29,864 nt of DNA, from positions 1 through 29,864 of the forward strand of contig JBQTGV010000017.1 in assembly GCA_052390515.1 (NCBI GenBank), in the 5' to 3' direction. Position 1 is the stretch's first letter. Every line of letters starts with the position of its first letter. This document shows positions 15,529-23,893 of this stretch, in pieces. The notes under the pieces are model-generated. The model searched no databases, was not told where the DNA came from, and saw only the letters and a list, made by a program, of their open reading frames with translations. The stretch comes from Candidatus Eiseniibacteriota bacterium (GTDB lineage: Bacteria > ARS69). The position numbers and the translations under genes are program-made.

Positions 15529-15629
15529 GATGCGCGCACCGAGCTCCGTCGCCGTCCATGGCTCCGTCGCGGCGGCGACGACGCGAGGGGCATCGCCGGC
15601 ATCCGGACTCGGTGCGTTCGTAGCGTCAT
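15525..15629 (-). CDS. putative 34-aa bridging ORF (MTLRTHRVRMPAMPLASSPPRRSHGRRRSSVRAS) spanning the repeat
   Basis: ATG overlaps the moxR stop (ATGA) and its TGA overlaps the DUF58 GTG (GTGA). No homology recognised. Confidence 0.35.
   Translation of the reverse strand: MTLRTHRVRMPAMPLASSPPRRSHGRRRSSVRAS
15529..15625 (-). repeat. second copy of the palindromic repeat family, between moxR and DUF58
   Basis: Inverted repeat 15535-15548/15604-15616. Reverse complement of 15550-15584 matches 3481-3516 (identical 17-mer CGGAGCCATGGACGGCG plus a 14/15 match). Confidence 0.75.
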
Positions 15630-16579
15630 CGCGGCACCTTCACTCCTCCCAGCACCGCCTCGATCACGCCGTCCGGATCCGCGCCGGCCATCTCCGCCTC
15701 CGGCTGCAGCACGATGCGGTGGCGCAGCACCGGCCGCGCGACGTCCTTCACGTCGTCCGGGGTCACGTGCTCCTCGCCGCGGAGCGCCGCCGACGCGCGG
15801 GCCGCGGCCAGCCACGCCAGCGCCGCGCGCGGGCTCGCGCCCAGCGCGATGTCCGGCGTCGCCCGGGTCTTCCGCGTGATCTCCAGCAGGTATCCGACGA
15901 CGGCCTCGGCGGCCACGATCTGCTCCAGCTCTTCGCGAGCCGCGGCGATCTCCGCCGGCGTCGTCACTCGTGCCACGCCGAGCCGCTCCAGGTCGTGGCC
16001 TCGATCCGGCCGCGGGCCGCGCAGCAGCAGCTCCTTCTCCTTCGCCTCCGCCGGATAGCCGACGCGTACGAGCAGCAGGAAGCGGTCGAGCTGCGCCTCG
16101 GGCAGCGGGTAGGTGCCCTCGTACTCCACCGGGTTGCGAGTCGCGATCACGAAGAACGCGGGCGGCAGCGCCAGGCGTTCGCCGTCGACGGTGACCTGTC
16201 GCTCCTCCATCGCCTCCAGGAACGCGGCCTGCGTCTTGGGCGGCGCGCGGTTGATCTCGTCGCCGAGCACCACGTCGGCGAAGACCGGACCCTTGCGAAG
16301 CACGAACCCGCGGCGGTGCTCGTCCCACACGTTCGTGCCGAGCACGTCGGACGGCATCAGATCCGGGGTGAACTGGATGCGGCGGAACTCGCCGCCGAGC
16401 GCGTGCACGAGCGCCTTCGCCATCAGGGTCTTGCCGGTTCCGGGCACGCCCTCGAGCAGCACGTGGCCGGACGCGAAAAGCCCGACGAGCAACTCCTCGA
16501 CGGCTGCCTCCTGGCCGACGATCGCCTTACCGATCTCCGCGCGCAGCCGCCCGCCGATCTCGAAGATCCTTCCGGTCAC
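15626..16579 (-). CDS. moxR: MoxR family AAA+ ATPase, 317 aa
   Basis: HVLLEGVPGTGKT, RIQFTPDLMPSD, DEINRAPPKTQAAFLEAMEE, EGTYPLPEAQLDRF, GASPRA; GTG at 16579 overlaps the upstream TGA. Confidence 0.96.
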   Translation of the reverse strand: MTGRIFEIGGRLRAEIGKAIVGQEAAVEELLVGLFASGHVLLEGVPGTGKTLMAKALVHALGGEFRRIQFTPDLMPSDVLGTNVWDEHRRGFVLRKGPVFADVVLGDEINRAPPKTQAAFLEAMEERQVTVDGERLALPPAFFVIATRNPVEYEGTYPLPEAQLDRFLLLVRVGYPAEAKEKELLLRGPRPDRGHDLERLGVARVTTPAEIAAAREELEQIVAAEAVVGYLLEITRKTRATPDIALGASPRAALAWLAAARASAALRGEEHVTPDDVKDVARPVLRHRIVLQPEAEMAGADPDGVIEAVLGGVKVPR

Positions 16580-17724
16580 GTCCGCTCCTCCCGGCGCCCG
16601 AGCGCCCGCGCCACCGCCGTTGCGAGCGTCACCAACTCTCTCTCCGCCGGCGCGCGAGCGGCGGGAGCCAGCGCGGCGTCCAGCTCCGCGGAGCGCGTGG
16701 CGCGCAAGCCGGCCAGCTCCCCGCGCGCGATCCGCTGCGCCGCCTCGGACAGCGCAGCCCACGCCGGACCGACGGCCTTCGCCCGCGCGTACAGCGCTCC
16801 GAGCGCGTCGACGTACTCCGTCGGCCGGCGGCGCCTCGACGCGCTCTCCTCCGCGCGCACGACGAGCGCGCGCCTCCAGCGCAGCACGGCGAGAGCGCCA
16901 GCGGCCAGCGCGGCCAGCGTGAAGAGTCCCGGCCGCCGCGCCGCGAGATACGCTCCGGCCGATCCGGCGACGCGGCCGCCGTGATCATACTCGTCGAACC
17001 AGATCTCGGTCCCGGGTGGGATCCAGTCCTCGACGAGGCTGGCGACGAGCTCGGCGTTGCTGGCCCGCGGCAAGCCCTCGTTGGTGAGCAGATCCGCCTC
17101 CGGAAAAACGACGAGCACTCCGTCGCCGTGGTAGATCTCGGCCACGAGCCCGGCGCCGTCCCGGGCGAAGAGGATGGAGTGCTCGCCGCGCTCGTCGCGG
17201 ACGCGCGCTCCGCCCGCCACGGCGACCTCTTCCACGGGGTAGGCGAACAGCCCGCGCTCCTCGGGCCGCGCCTCGCGGTAGCGCCAGCGTTCGTCGCGGC
17301 CCGGGACGACGCGGTCGCCGCGCACCGTGGATGCCTCGGACATGTCGTACTCCAGCGTGACCCAGCGCTCGACGGCGGCGGAGAGCGCCGAGTCCGCGCC
17401 CGGAGCCAGGAACAGCACGCCGCCCCGCGCCACCCAGTCGAGCAGCGCCGATGCGCCGTCCGGAGTCACCGCCTGGGACGGCTCGAGCACGCAGAGCGCC
17501 TCGGGCTCCTCGAGCGCGCCGAGCGGCCTGCGCCACGAGCGGGTGGGGTAGCCGAGCTCGCGGAGCCAGAGCCACAGCGCCCGGGCACCGCGCGGCGCGG
17601 TGCTCGAAGCCGAGACGCGGTCGTCCACCGCCGGAGCGCCCTGCCGCTCGGCGATGAGCGCGTTGACGACTCCGCCACCCACGGCGAACACGAGGAAGAG
17701 CACGACGAGCGCGCGGCGGCTCAC
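16576..17724 (-). CDS. DUF4350 domain membrane protein, 382 aa
   Basis: N-terminal TM; STAPRGARALWLWLRELG, LLDWVARGGVLF, LLTNEGL...NAEL, IWFDEYDHG, EYVDALGALYARA; GTGA overlaps at both ends. Confidence 0.85.
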   Translation of the reverse strand: MSRRALVVLFLVFAVGGGVVNALIAERQGAPAVDDRVSASSTAPRGARALWLWLRELGYPTRSWRRPLGALEEPEALCVLEPSQAVTPDGASALLDWVARGGVLFLAPGADSALSAAVERWVTLEYDMSEASTVRGDRVVPGRDERWRYREARPEERGLFAYPVEEVAVAGGARVRDERGEHSILFARDGAGLVAEIYHGDGVLVVFPEADLLTNEGLPRASNAELVASLVEDWIPPGTEIWFDEYDHGGRVAGSAGAYLAARRPGLFTLAALAAGALAVLRWRRALVVRAEESASRRRRPTEYVDALGALYARAKAVGPAWAALSEAAQRIARGELAGLRATRSAELDAALAPAARAPAERELVTLATAVARALGRREERT

Positions 17725-18323
17725 GATGGGTCGCCTTCGCCGAAGACGGCGGCGGCCGCCGCGGCCACCCGATCGGCTTCCGCGCTCCCGGCTTCGCGGC
17801 GGCCGTAGCGGACCCGCTCGAAGCACGGAAGCGCCGCGCGGATGGCCTCGGCCTCGCGGGGGCGGCCGGCCAGGTCCCGCACGTGCTCCCGATTCGTCCG
17901 GGAGGAATCGCGCAGCACGAGCCCCTGCTCCGCCAGCCGCGCGATCATCGCCCGGAAGAGCAGCACGACGGCCTCCGTGAACCGGCCTGCCCTCTTCGCC
18001 TCGAGCCCCGCGGTGCGGACGGCGGCGGCGGGCTCGGCCGCTTCGACCGCGGCTTCGTCGCGATCCATCCCGACGGCAGCCGCCCGATCCGACCGCCCCT
18101 CGGCCAGCAGCCGCCAGACGAGCAGACCGGCCAGCAATACGGCGACGGCGGTGACGAGCTGGCCGGCGACGGGCGGCAGATCGCCGATGGTCCCGCCGAG
18201 ACGCGCCAGCAGCGCCTCGAGCCAATCGCCTACGTCTTCGCCCCCGCGCCGGAACTCCGGCCGCGCGAGCACTTCCTCCAGCAGCCGGCGCGGCCTCTCC
18301 GGGTCGGCGGCCGGGGCGCTCAC
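17721..18323 (-). CDS. DUF4129 domain protein, 200 aa
   Basis: EEVLARPEF, one TM, GRFTEAVVLLFRAMIARL, SRTNREH, FERVRYG; GTGA overlap with the upstream gene. Confidence 0.85.
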   Translation of the reverse strand: MSAPAADPERPRRLLEEVLARPEFRRGGEDVGDWLEALLARLGGTIGDLPPVAGQLVTAVAVLLAGLLVWRLLAEGRSDRAAAVGMDRDEAAVEAAEPAAAVRTAGLEAKRAGRFTEAVVLLFRAMIARLAEQGLVLRDSSRTNREHVRDLAGRPREAEAIRAALPCFERVRYGRREAGSAEADRVAAAAAAVFGEGDPS

Positions 18324-19165
18324 GACGAGGCCGTCTCGAGACGTGAGAGCTGCGTGTCCAGATCCAGACCTTCCTTGCGCACACGCAGGTCCCAGTAGAA
18401 GTGCGTGTACAGCAGCGTGAAGAGCGGCGTCAGCAGGAGCCCGATGACGGTCGCCACGACGAAGCTCGCGCCGGTGAGCGCGTAGAAGCCGGTGCCGAGC
18501 TCGCCCTCCTCGTCCAGGAAGAGGGCGCCGACTTCCTGCAGCACGGTGGAGACGGTCCCGAGCCCCATGTTCACGACCAGCACCACGAGCGCCACGCCCG
18601 CGCCACGCCAGAAAGCGCCGCGCATCAGCTCGTCGCTGCGCGAGATGGCGCCCCACGAGCCCGCGCCCTCCAGGAACAGCGCGTGTCCAGCCAGCGCGAG
18701 CCGGATCGAGAGCCAGATCCCGGGCACGATGAGGAACAGCGTGCCCAGCACGACGAACACCATGTAGAAGATCCCGGCGCCCACGGCCGGCCAGAAGCGG
18801 GATCCCGACTGCATCCAGGCCTCGCGCAGGGTCAGCGACCTGCCGGCCAGGTCGTTCCCCGCCTGCAGCACGGCCGCGCCGAACCCCAGCACGAAGGCGG
18901 CCTGCCGGACCGCGAAGAAGACGCCGAGCAGCGCTATCCAGCCGAGGAACCCGCCCATCGCGGCCAGGTCCGGTTCCGCCGCTTCGCCGAGCGTGGCGAC
19001 GAACAGCAGGAACGACGCGAACATGGCGATGCCGACGACGTCGAGCGCGGCCATCGGCAGGAACGGGAGCAGGAAGGGGAGGAACCGGGCACGGTAATGA
19101 CGCACCGCCGCGTCCAGGAGCTCGGACAAGGACCTCGGGCGAAGATGTCCCGACGGCACTCCCAC
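18320..19165 (-). CDS. multi-pass membrane protein (first gene of MoxR cluster; GDPD-membrane-domain-like), 281 aa
   Basis: LRPRSLSELLDAAVRHYR, about 6 TM segments, AISRSDELMRGAFWR, YWDLRVRKEGLDL; AAGGAGG RBS. Confidence 0.85.
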   Translation of the reverse strand: MGVPSGHLRPRSLSELLDAAVRHYRARFLPFLLPFLPMAALDVVGIAMFASFLLFVATLGEAAEPDLAAMGGFLGWIALLGVFFAVRQAAFVLGFGAAVLQAGNDLAGRSLTLREAWMQSGSRFWPAVGAGIFYMVFVVLGTLFLIVPGIWLSIRLALAGHALFLEGAGSWGAISRSDELMRGAFWRGAGVALVVLVVNMGLGTVSTVLQEVGALFLDEEGELGTGFYALTGASFVVATVIGLLLTPLFTLLYTHFYWDLRVRKEGLDLDTQLSRLETASS

Positions 19166-19204
19166 GCGGCCCTCCTTGGCCGGTACTCGCCTGCCGCGCG
19201 CCCG

Positions 19205-21079
19205 CTACGGCGCTCCCGCCGAGACGCTCTCGCTCAGCGCGTCCGGCCGCCCCTTCTCCGGCAGCCATGCGATGAACGGTCCCATGGCCAGGATGCCGAT
19301 GCGGCCGTCCGTGAACGCGCGCACCGCGTCGTCCGGCGAGCACACGATGGGCTCCTCGTGCATGTTGTAGCTCGTGTTGATGAGCGTGGCCACCCCTGTC
19401 CTGCGCAGGAAGGCCGACAGGATGCGGTGGAAGCCGGGGTTGGACTTCGGGGTGACGAGCTGCGGCCGCGCCGTCCCATCCACGTGCACGGCGGCCGGGT
19501 TCTCCCGGATCATCTTCTCGGTGCAGTCGAACGTGATCGTCATGAACTGCGCCGCGTACTCCGCGCCGTCGATGTTCTTGTAGTTCTCGTGGCGGTGTTC
19601 CCACATCGTCGCCGGGGCGAAGGGCATGAACTCGGTCCGGCCCAGCTGCTTGTTGAGCCACGAGTTCACCGAGGGATCCGCCGCGCGGTACAGCACGGTG
19701 CGGTTGCCCAGCGCGCGCGGCCCGTACTCCATGCGGCCGTCGAACCGCGCCACGACCTGGTTCGCCGCGGCCAGATCCGCGATGCGCTCGTCCACGTCGT
19801 CGAAGCGCTCGAAGGGCAGCCCGGCCCGCTCGATCGCCCCGCGCATGTCGGCTTCGGAGTAGTCCGGCCCCAGGAAGACGTCGTCGAGCACGTACGGCTC
19901 CATCCCGTTCTCCTCCTCGAGGAGGAACGCGGCGCCCGTGCCGAGACCGCCGTCGCCCATGCCGGGGTGGATGAAGATGCGCTCGACGCCATCCACCTCG
20001 AAGATGCGCTGGTTGAGCTTCACGTTGGAGACGACTCCGCCGGAGAGGACTACGTTCTTGATGCCGGTGCGGTCCACCCAGTGCTTCACGACCTTCGCTA
20101 CCGCCCGCTCCATGGCGGTCTGGTGCGCCGCGGCTATGTCCTGCTTGGTGAAGCGCAGGGACAGGAGCCGCGGGAAGAACGCGTTCAGCGTGCTGCGCAG
20201 GTCGACTTCGCCGGGGCGAACGTCGAGACGCGCCTCGAGCACGCCCAGCAGGATCTCGGGGTCCCCGTACGCGGCGAGCCCGAGGATCTTCCCTTCGTGC
20301 CGGTTGGGCTTGAAGCCGAGCGCGGAGGTGAGTTGCTCGTAGTACGCGCCGAAGGAGTGCGGGTACGGCGTGCGGTGCAGCATCTCGATCTTGCGCCCGC
20401 GCCGGCCGACCGCCACCGCACCGGTCATGCCGCTGCCGTACGCGTCGATCGTGATGCACAGCGCCTCGTCGAATCCCGACGTGTAGAACGCGTTCGCCGC
20501 GTGTGCCGGATGGTGCTCGACGCGGACGAGCTTCGCCAGGAGGCCGCGCTGCTCGAGCTCGGTCTCCAGCTCGCGGGACCACTGGCGATGCTCACGGGCA
20601 GCGTCATAGGCCCACTTCCAGTAGCGGACGAGGTGCGTCAGCACGTCGACGAGCGCGTTCGACGAGGTCAGCTGATAGAGGAGGCGGCGCGTCGCGCCCT
20701 TCTCCATGTAGTCCTGGTACCCGTCGAAGCGCACCGGCTGGCCGGTCGACGGCACGCGGCCGGACCCGCCGATCCGGCCGAGCAACCTGTGGCACTCCCA
20801 CGGCGCCGTTCCGGTGAGGCGGGAGAGCTCGTGGCTGAACCCCCGCCAGATGAGCCGCGCCTCTTCGTCGCCGTCCCAGAAGGGGTAGGCCACGCGGTCC
20901 ACGTCCTTGGCGGTGACGCCCGCGCGGCGCAGCAGCTCGTCGAGCGCGAGCTTGGGGAAGCCGCTCTGCAGCTTCACGCGGGTCAGCCGCTCCTCGGCGA
21001 TGGCCCAGGTGATCTTCCCGTCCACGTGCAGCGAGACGGTGGAGTCCTTGTCCAGCGGCGAGATGCCCAGGATCAGCAT
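19205..21079 (-). CDS. carbamoyltransferase, NodU/CmcH/TobZ family, 624 aa
   Basis: AIAEERLTRVK, EHHPAHAA, EGKILGLAAYG, SGGVVSNVKLN, GDGG, EYGPRALGNR, MPFAP, VHVDGTARPQ, NTSYNMHEEPIV. Confidence 0.95.
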   Translation of the reverse strand: MLILGISPLDKDSTVSLHVDGKITWAIAEERLTRVKLQSGFPKLALDELLRRAGVTAKDVDRVAYPFWDGDEEARLIWRGFSHELSRLTGTAPWECHRLLGRIGGSGRVPSTGQPVRFDGYQDYMEKGATRRLLYQLTSSNALVDVLTHLVRYWKWAYDAAREHRQWSRELETELEQRGLLAKLVRVEHHPAHAANAFYTSGFDEALCITIDAYGSGMTGAVAVGRRGRKIEMLHRTPYPHSFGAYYEQLTSALGFKPNRHEGKILGLAAYGDPEILLGVLEARLDVRPGEVDLRSTLNAFFPRLLSLRFTKQDIAAAHQTAMERAVAKVVKHWVDRTGIKNVVLSGGVVSNVKLNQRIFEVDGVERIFIHPGMGDGGLGTGAAFLLEEENGMEPYVLDDVFLGPDYSEADMRGAIERAGLPFERFDDVDERIADLAAANQVVARFDGRMEYGPRALGNRTVLYRAADPSVNSWLNKQLGRTEFMPFAPATMWEHRHENYKNIDGAEYAAQFMTITFDCTEKMIRENPAAVHVDGTARPQLVTPKSNPGFHRILSAFLRRTGVATLINTSYNMHEEPIVCSPDDAVRAFTDGRIGILAMGPFIAWLPEKGRPDALSESVSAGAP

Positions 21080-22113
21080 GCGCCCGCTCCCGCACCGGCG
21101 ACGCCGGCCGGCGGCCGCGGCACTTCTCGCAGGGTCCGCGGAACCGCGGCGTGGCGCTCCCGGACCGTCTCCAGCGTACGCTCCATCCGCCCGAGGAACG
21201 CGCTCACGTCGCCCGCCGTCTTGAAGTACGGGCTGCCGCCCGGCATCAGCTCGCTGGAGTGCAGCATCATGTTGAGCACGTCGCCGCCGCGCTCGGCCAC
21301 GAGATCCGCGGCCTGCACCATCTCGTCCGCGGTCTGGAACGCGGGATAGAACCAGATCATGCGGCCGAGCCCGAGCTTGCCGGCCACGGCCGAGGCGAAG
21401 CTCGCCGGGCCGTACCCGGCGAGGAAGCGCTCCGCCGCGCGCGGGAGTGGCCGGCTCCGCACCACGGTGACGGGGATCTCGAAGAGCGGGCCGGCGCCGG
21501 CTCGGCAGGGATCACCCGGATCCTGGGTGTACGTGTGCATCGTCGCCTCGCGGTAGTCCGGGCCGCCTTCGCCACCGGGCAGTCCCGCTGTTCTTCTCCA
21601 GGAGACGCCCGGCGTGACCGAGGAGTCCACCTCGTAGCCGAGATCCGAGAGGCAGCGCATCGTCGCGGCGTTCGCCCCGAAGCGTCCCCCGCGAAAGCTG
21701 ACCGGCCGACTTCCCACGCGCTCCACGATCGTCTCCGTCAGGTTCGCGAGCTTCCTTCGCTGCGCGTCCTCGGGAAGCTCGTTCAGGAAGAGCTGCGCGC
21801 CTTCCGGCTCGGCGACCGGCGGCGTGTTCCAAGCGTGGCAGTGCGCGCCGATCTCCGCCCCGCGGGAATCCCGGTACCGGCGGAGGATCTCGGCCGACCG
21901 GGGATCGGACGCGACGCTGTGCGTGACGAGGTAGGTCGCGCGCGCGCCGACCCGCGAGAGCGCGTCCTCGAACGGCCCGAGATGCGCGACGTTCTCGGAC
22001 GAGGGCTGCCGCCGGAAGACCCACTCGTCGTCGCCCTCGGTGTCCACGGTGACGAGCAGACTGAGCTCCTGGGACAGGGGACACCTCGGGGCCGGAGTGC
22101 GGCCGACGACCAT
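21073..22113 (-). CDS. polysaccharide deacetylase family (WalW-like, NodB/CE4 fold)
   Basis: LVTVDTEGD, ATYLVT, EIGAHCHAWNTPP, SFRGGRFG, LGYEVDSSVTP, MMLHSSELMPGGSPY. Start at ATG 22113 or CTG 22077. Confidence 0.88.
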   Translation of the reverse strand: MVVGRTPAPRCPLSQELSLLVTVDTEGDDEWVFRRQPSSENVAHLGPFEDALSRVGARATYLVTHSVASDPRSAEILRRYRDSRGAEIGAHCHAWNTPPVAEPEGAQLFLNELPEDAQRRKLANLTETIVERVGSRPVSFRGGRFGANAATMRCLSDLGYEVDSSVTPGVSWRRTAGLPGGEGGPDYREATMHTYTQDPGDPCRAGAGPLFEIPVTVVRSRPLPRAAERFLAGYGPASFASAVAGKLGLGRMIWFYPAFQTADEMVQAADLVAERGGDVLNMMLHSSELMPGGSPYFKTAGDVSAFLGRMERTLETVRERHAAVPRTLREVPRPPAGVAGAGAGAC

Positions 22114-22238
22114 ACCACGGCTTCCCCGGGTTTCGGCGGCCGGCTCCGGGCGGATTAGCCCGGCCTGCGCTACATTCCGTCCGGCTCGGGGTCGTCCCGG
22201 CGGGCTCGGGCGGAGCCCCGACCGCGAGGAGCCGACGC

Positions 22239-23876
22239 GTGCATTCGATCGACCACCGCACTCCCGCGACGACCGAAGTCGTGGTCTCCCGCTCCCGCGC
22301 GCTACCGCCCGGGCCGGTGGCCTCGACCGCGGCCAGCGACGAGCGCGTCGCCAGCCACCTCGTCGCGCGGGCGGCGCGCCGCCTCGAGATCGTGTGCATC
22401 GCCGCGACCGTCTCCCTGCTCGTGCTGTGGCTCGGCGTCGTAGCCGCGCTCGGCAAGCTCGGCGAGGAGCTGGCCTCGCCGCACCAGTGGGTCCCGCCCG
22501 TGTCGGCCATCGCCGCGTCGCTGGCCGTGCTCGCGCTGGCGCGGAGCGGACGGCTGGCCGCGAAGACGCTCGTGCGAGTGGGGCTCGTGTACGAGGTCGC
22601 TGTCTCCTTCGCCATCGCGTGCGGCTCGTACCTGGGCGCGTTCGAGGGCGTCACCGCCGGCGATCTGACCGCGGACCGCGCCGGCGTCACCTACGTCGTG
22701 CCGTGGACGTTGTTCTTCACCGTGCTGGTGCCGGCCCGCCCGCGCGAGGCCCTGCTCGCGCTGATCGCCTCGGGAACCGCCGTGCCGATCGTGTACCTCT
22801 TCGAGGTGAGGGCCGGCGCCGCGCCCGCCCTCGCCGCGGCGGACTTCTTCCTGATCTTCGTCCTGCCGTACCTGGCCAACACAGTGTTCGCCTACATCGC
22901 CGCGCGGCTGGTGCATCAGCTCGGAGTAGAGGTGCGGCGGGCAACCGACCTCGGCAGCTACCAGCTCGACACGCTGCTCGGCCGTGGCGGCATGGGCGAG
23001 GTGTGGCGCGCGTCGCACCGCACACTGGCGCGGCCGGCCGCCATCAAGCTGATCCGCCAGGACGCGGTGGCGCGGGACGAGACGCGCGTCGACGTGGCGG
23101 TGGCTCGCTTCGAGCGGGAAGCGCAGATCATCGCGAGCCTGCAGTCCCCGAACACGGTGCAGCTCTACGACTTCGGCACGACCGAGGACGGGACGCTCTT
23201 CTACGTGATGGAGCTGCTGGACGGTGTGGACCTCGACGGTCTCGTGCGGCGGTTCGGGCCGATGCCGGCCGAGCGCGTCGTGCACGTCGTCCGCCAGGTC
23301 TGCGCCTCGCTGGCCGAGGCGCACCGCCGCGGCATCGTGCACCGGGACGTCAAGCCGGCGAACATCTACCTGTGCCGGCGCGGCATCGAGCACGACGTGG
23401 TCAAGGTGCTGGACTTCGGATTGGTCAAGCAGGTGACCGTCGACGGCGCGGCGGCGGATGCCTCCCTCACCCATGCCGACGCGCTCGTCGGGACGCCGCA
23501 GTACATGGCGCCGGAGATGGCGACGAGGGACTTCGCCGTGGACGGGCGCGCTGACCTCTACGCGCTCGGCTGCGTTGCGTTCTGGCTCCTCACCGGGCGG
23601 CGCGTGTTCGAGGCGGAGACGGTGACGGCGGCGATCCTCGCGCACGTGCAGCGCGTGCCGGCGCCGCCGAGCGCCGCGACCGAGCTGCCGGTGCCGGAGG
23701 CGCTGGACCGCGTGGTGCTGGACTGCCTGGCGAAGAGTCCGGCGGCGCGGCCGCAATCTCCGGAGCTGCTGGCGGCGCGGCTCGATGCGGTGCCGCTGAC
23801 GCGGGCGTGGACCGAGGCCGACGCGGCGCGGTGGTGGGACGCGCACCGGCCGTCTGCGACCGCGGCGGCCGGGTAG
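22239..23876 (+). CDS. Hanks-type Ser/Thr protein kinase with N-terminal multi-TM domain, 545 aa
   Basis: GRGGMGEV, AIK, HRDVKPAN, DFG, GTPQYMAPE, DLYALG; about 6 hydrophobic segments before the kinase domain; GAGGAG RBS. Confidence 0.95.
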   Translation: MHSIDHRTPATTEVVVSRSRALPPGPVASTAASDERVASHLVARAARRLEIVCIAATVSLLVLWLGVVAALGKLGEELASPHQWVPPVSAIAASLAVLALARSGRLAAKTLVRVGLVYEVAVSFAIACGSYLGAFEGVTAGDLTADRAGVTYVVPWTLFFTVLVPARPREALLALIASGTAVPIVYLFEVRAGAAPALAAADFFLIFVLPYLANTVFAYIAARLVHQLGVEVRRATDLGSYQLDTLLGRGGMGEVWRASHRTLARPAAIKLIRQDAVARDETRVDVAVARFEREAQIIASLQSPNTVQLYDFGTTEDGTLFYVMELLDGVDLDGLVRRFGPMPAERVVHVVRQVCASLAEAHRRGIVHRDVKPANIYLCRRGIEHDVVKVLDFGLVKQVTVDGAAADASLTHADALVGTPQYMAPEMATRDFAVDGRADLYALGCVAFWLLTGRRVFEAETVTAAILAHVQRVPAPPSAATELPVPEALDRVVLDCLAKSPAARPQSPELLAARLDAVPLTRAWTEADAARWWDAHRPSATAAAG

Positions 23877-23893
23877 TCACGCCGCGCCTCGTC

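Noticed and set aside
17721-20582. 953-aa ORF suggesting a large fusion protein
   Set aside because: Only the last 200 aa (DUF4129) are real; the rest is off-frame over two other genes. The same applies to the 736-aa hflX, 656-aa FN3 and 639-aa HAMP extensions.
18401-21349. 982-aa plus-strand ORF and similar long ORFs (3675-5468, 9706-11718, 24098-25843, 27755-29779)
   Set aside because: Antisense to genes with clear family motifs; Arg/Gly/Pro-rich shadow translations.
22120-22238. Hairpins in the deacetylase-kinase intergenic region as a riboswitch
   Set aside because: Short GC-only stems expected by chance; no recognisable aptamer motif.
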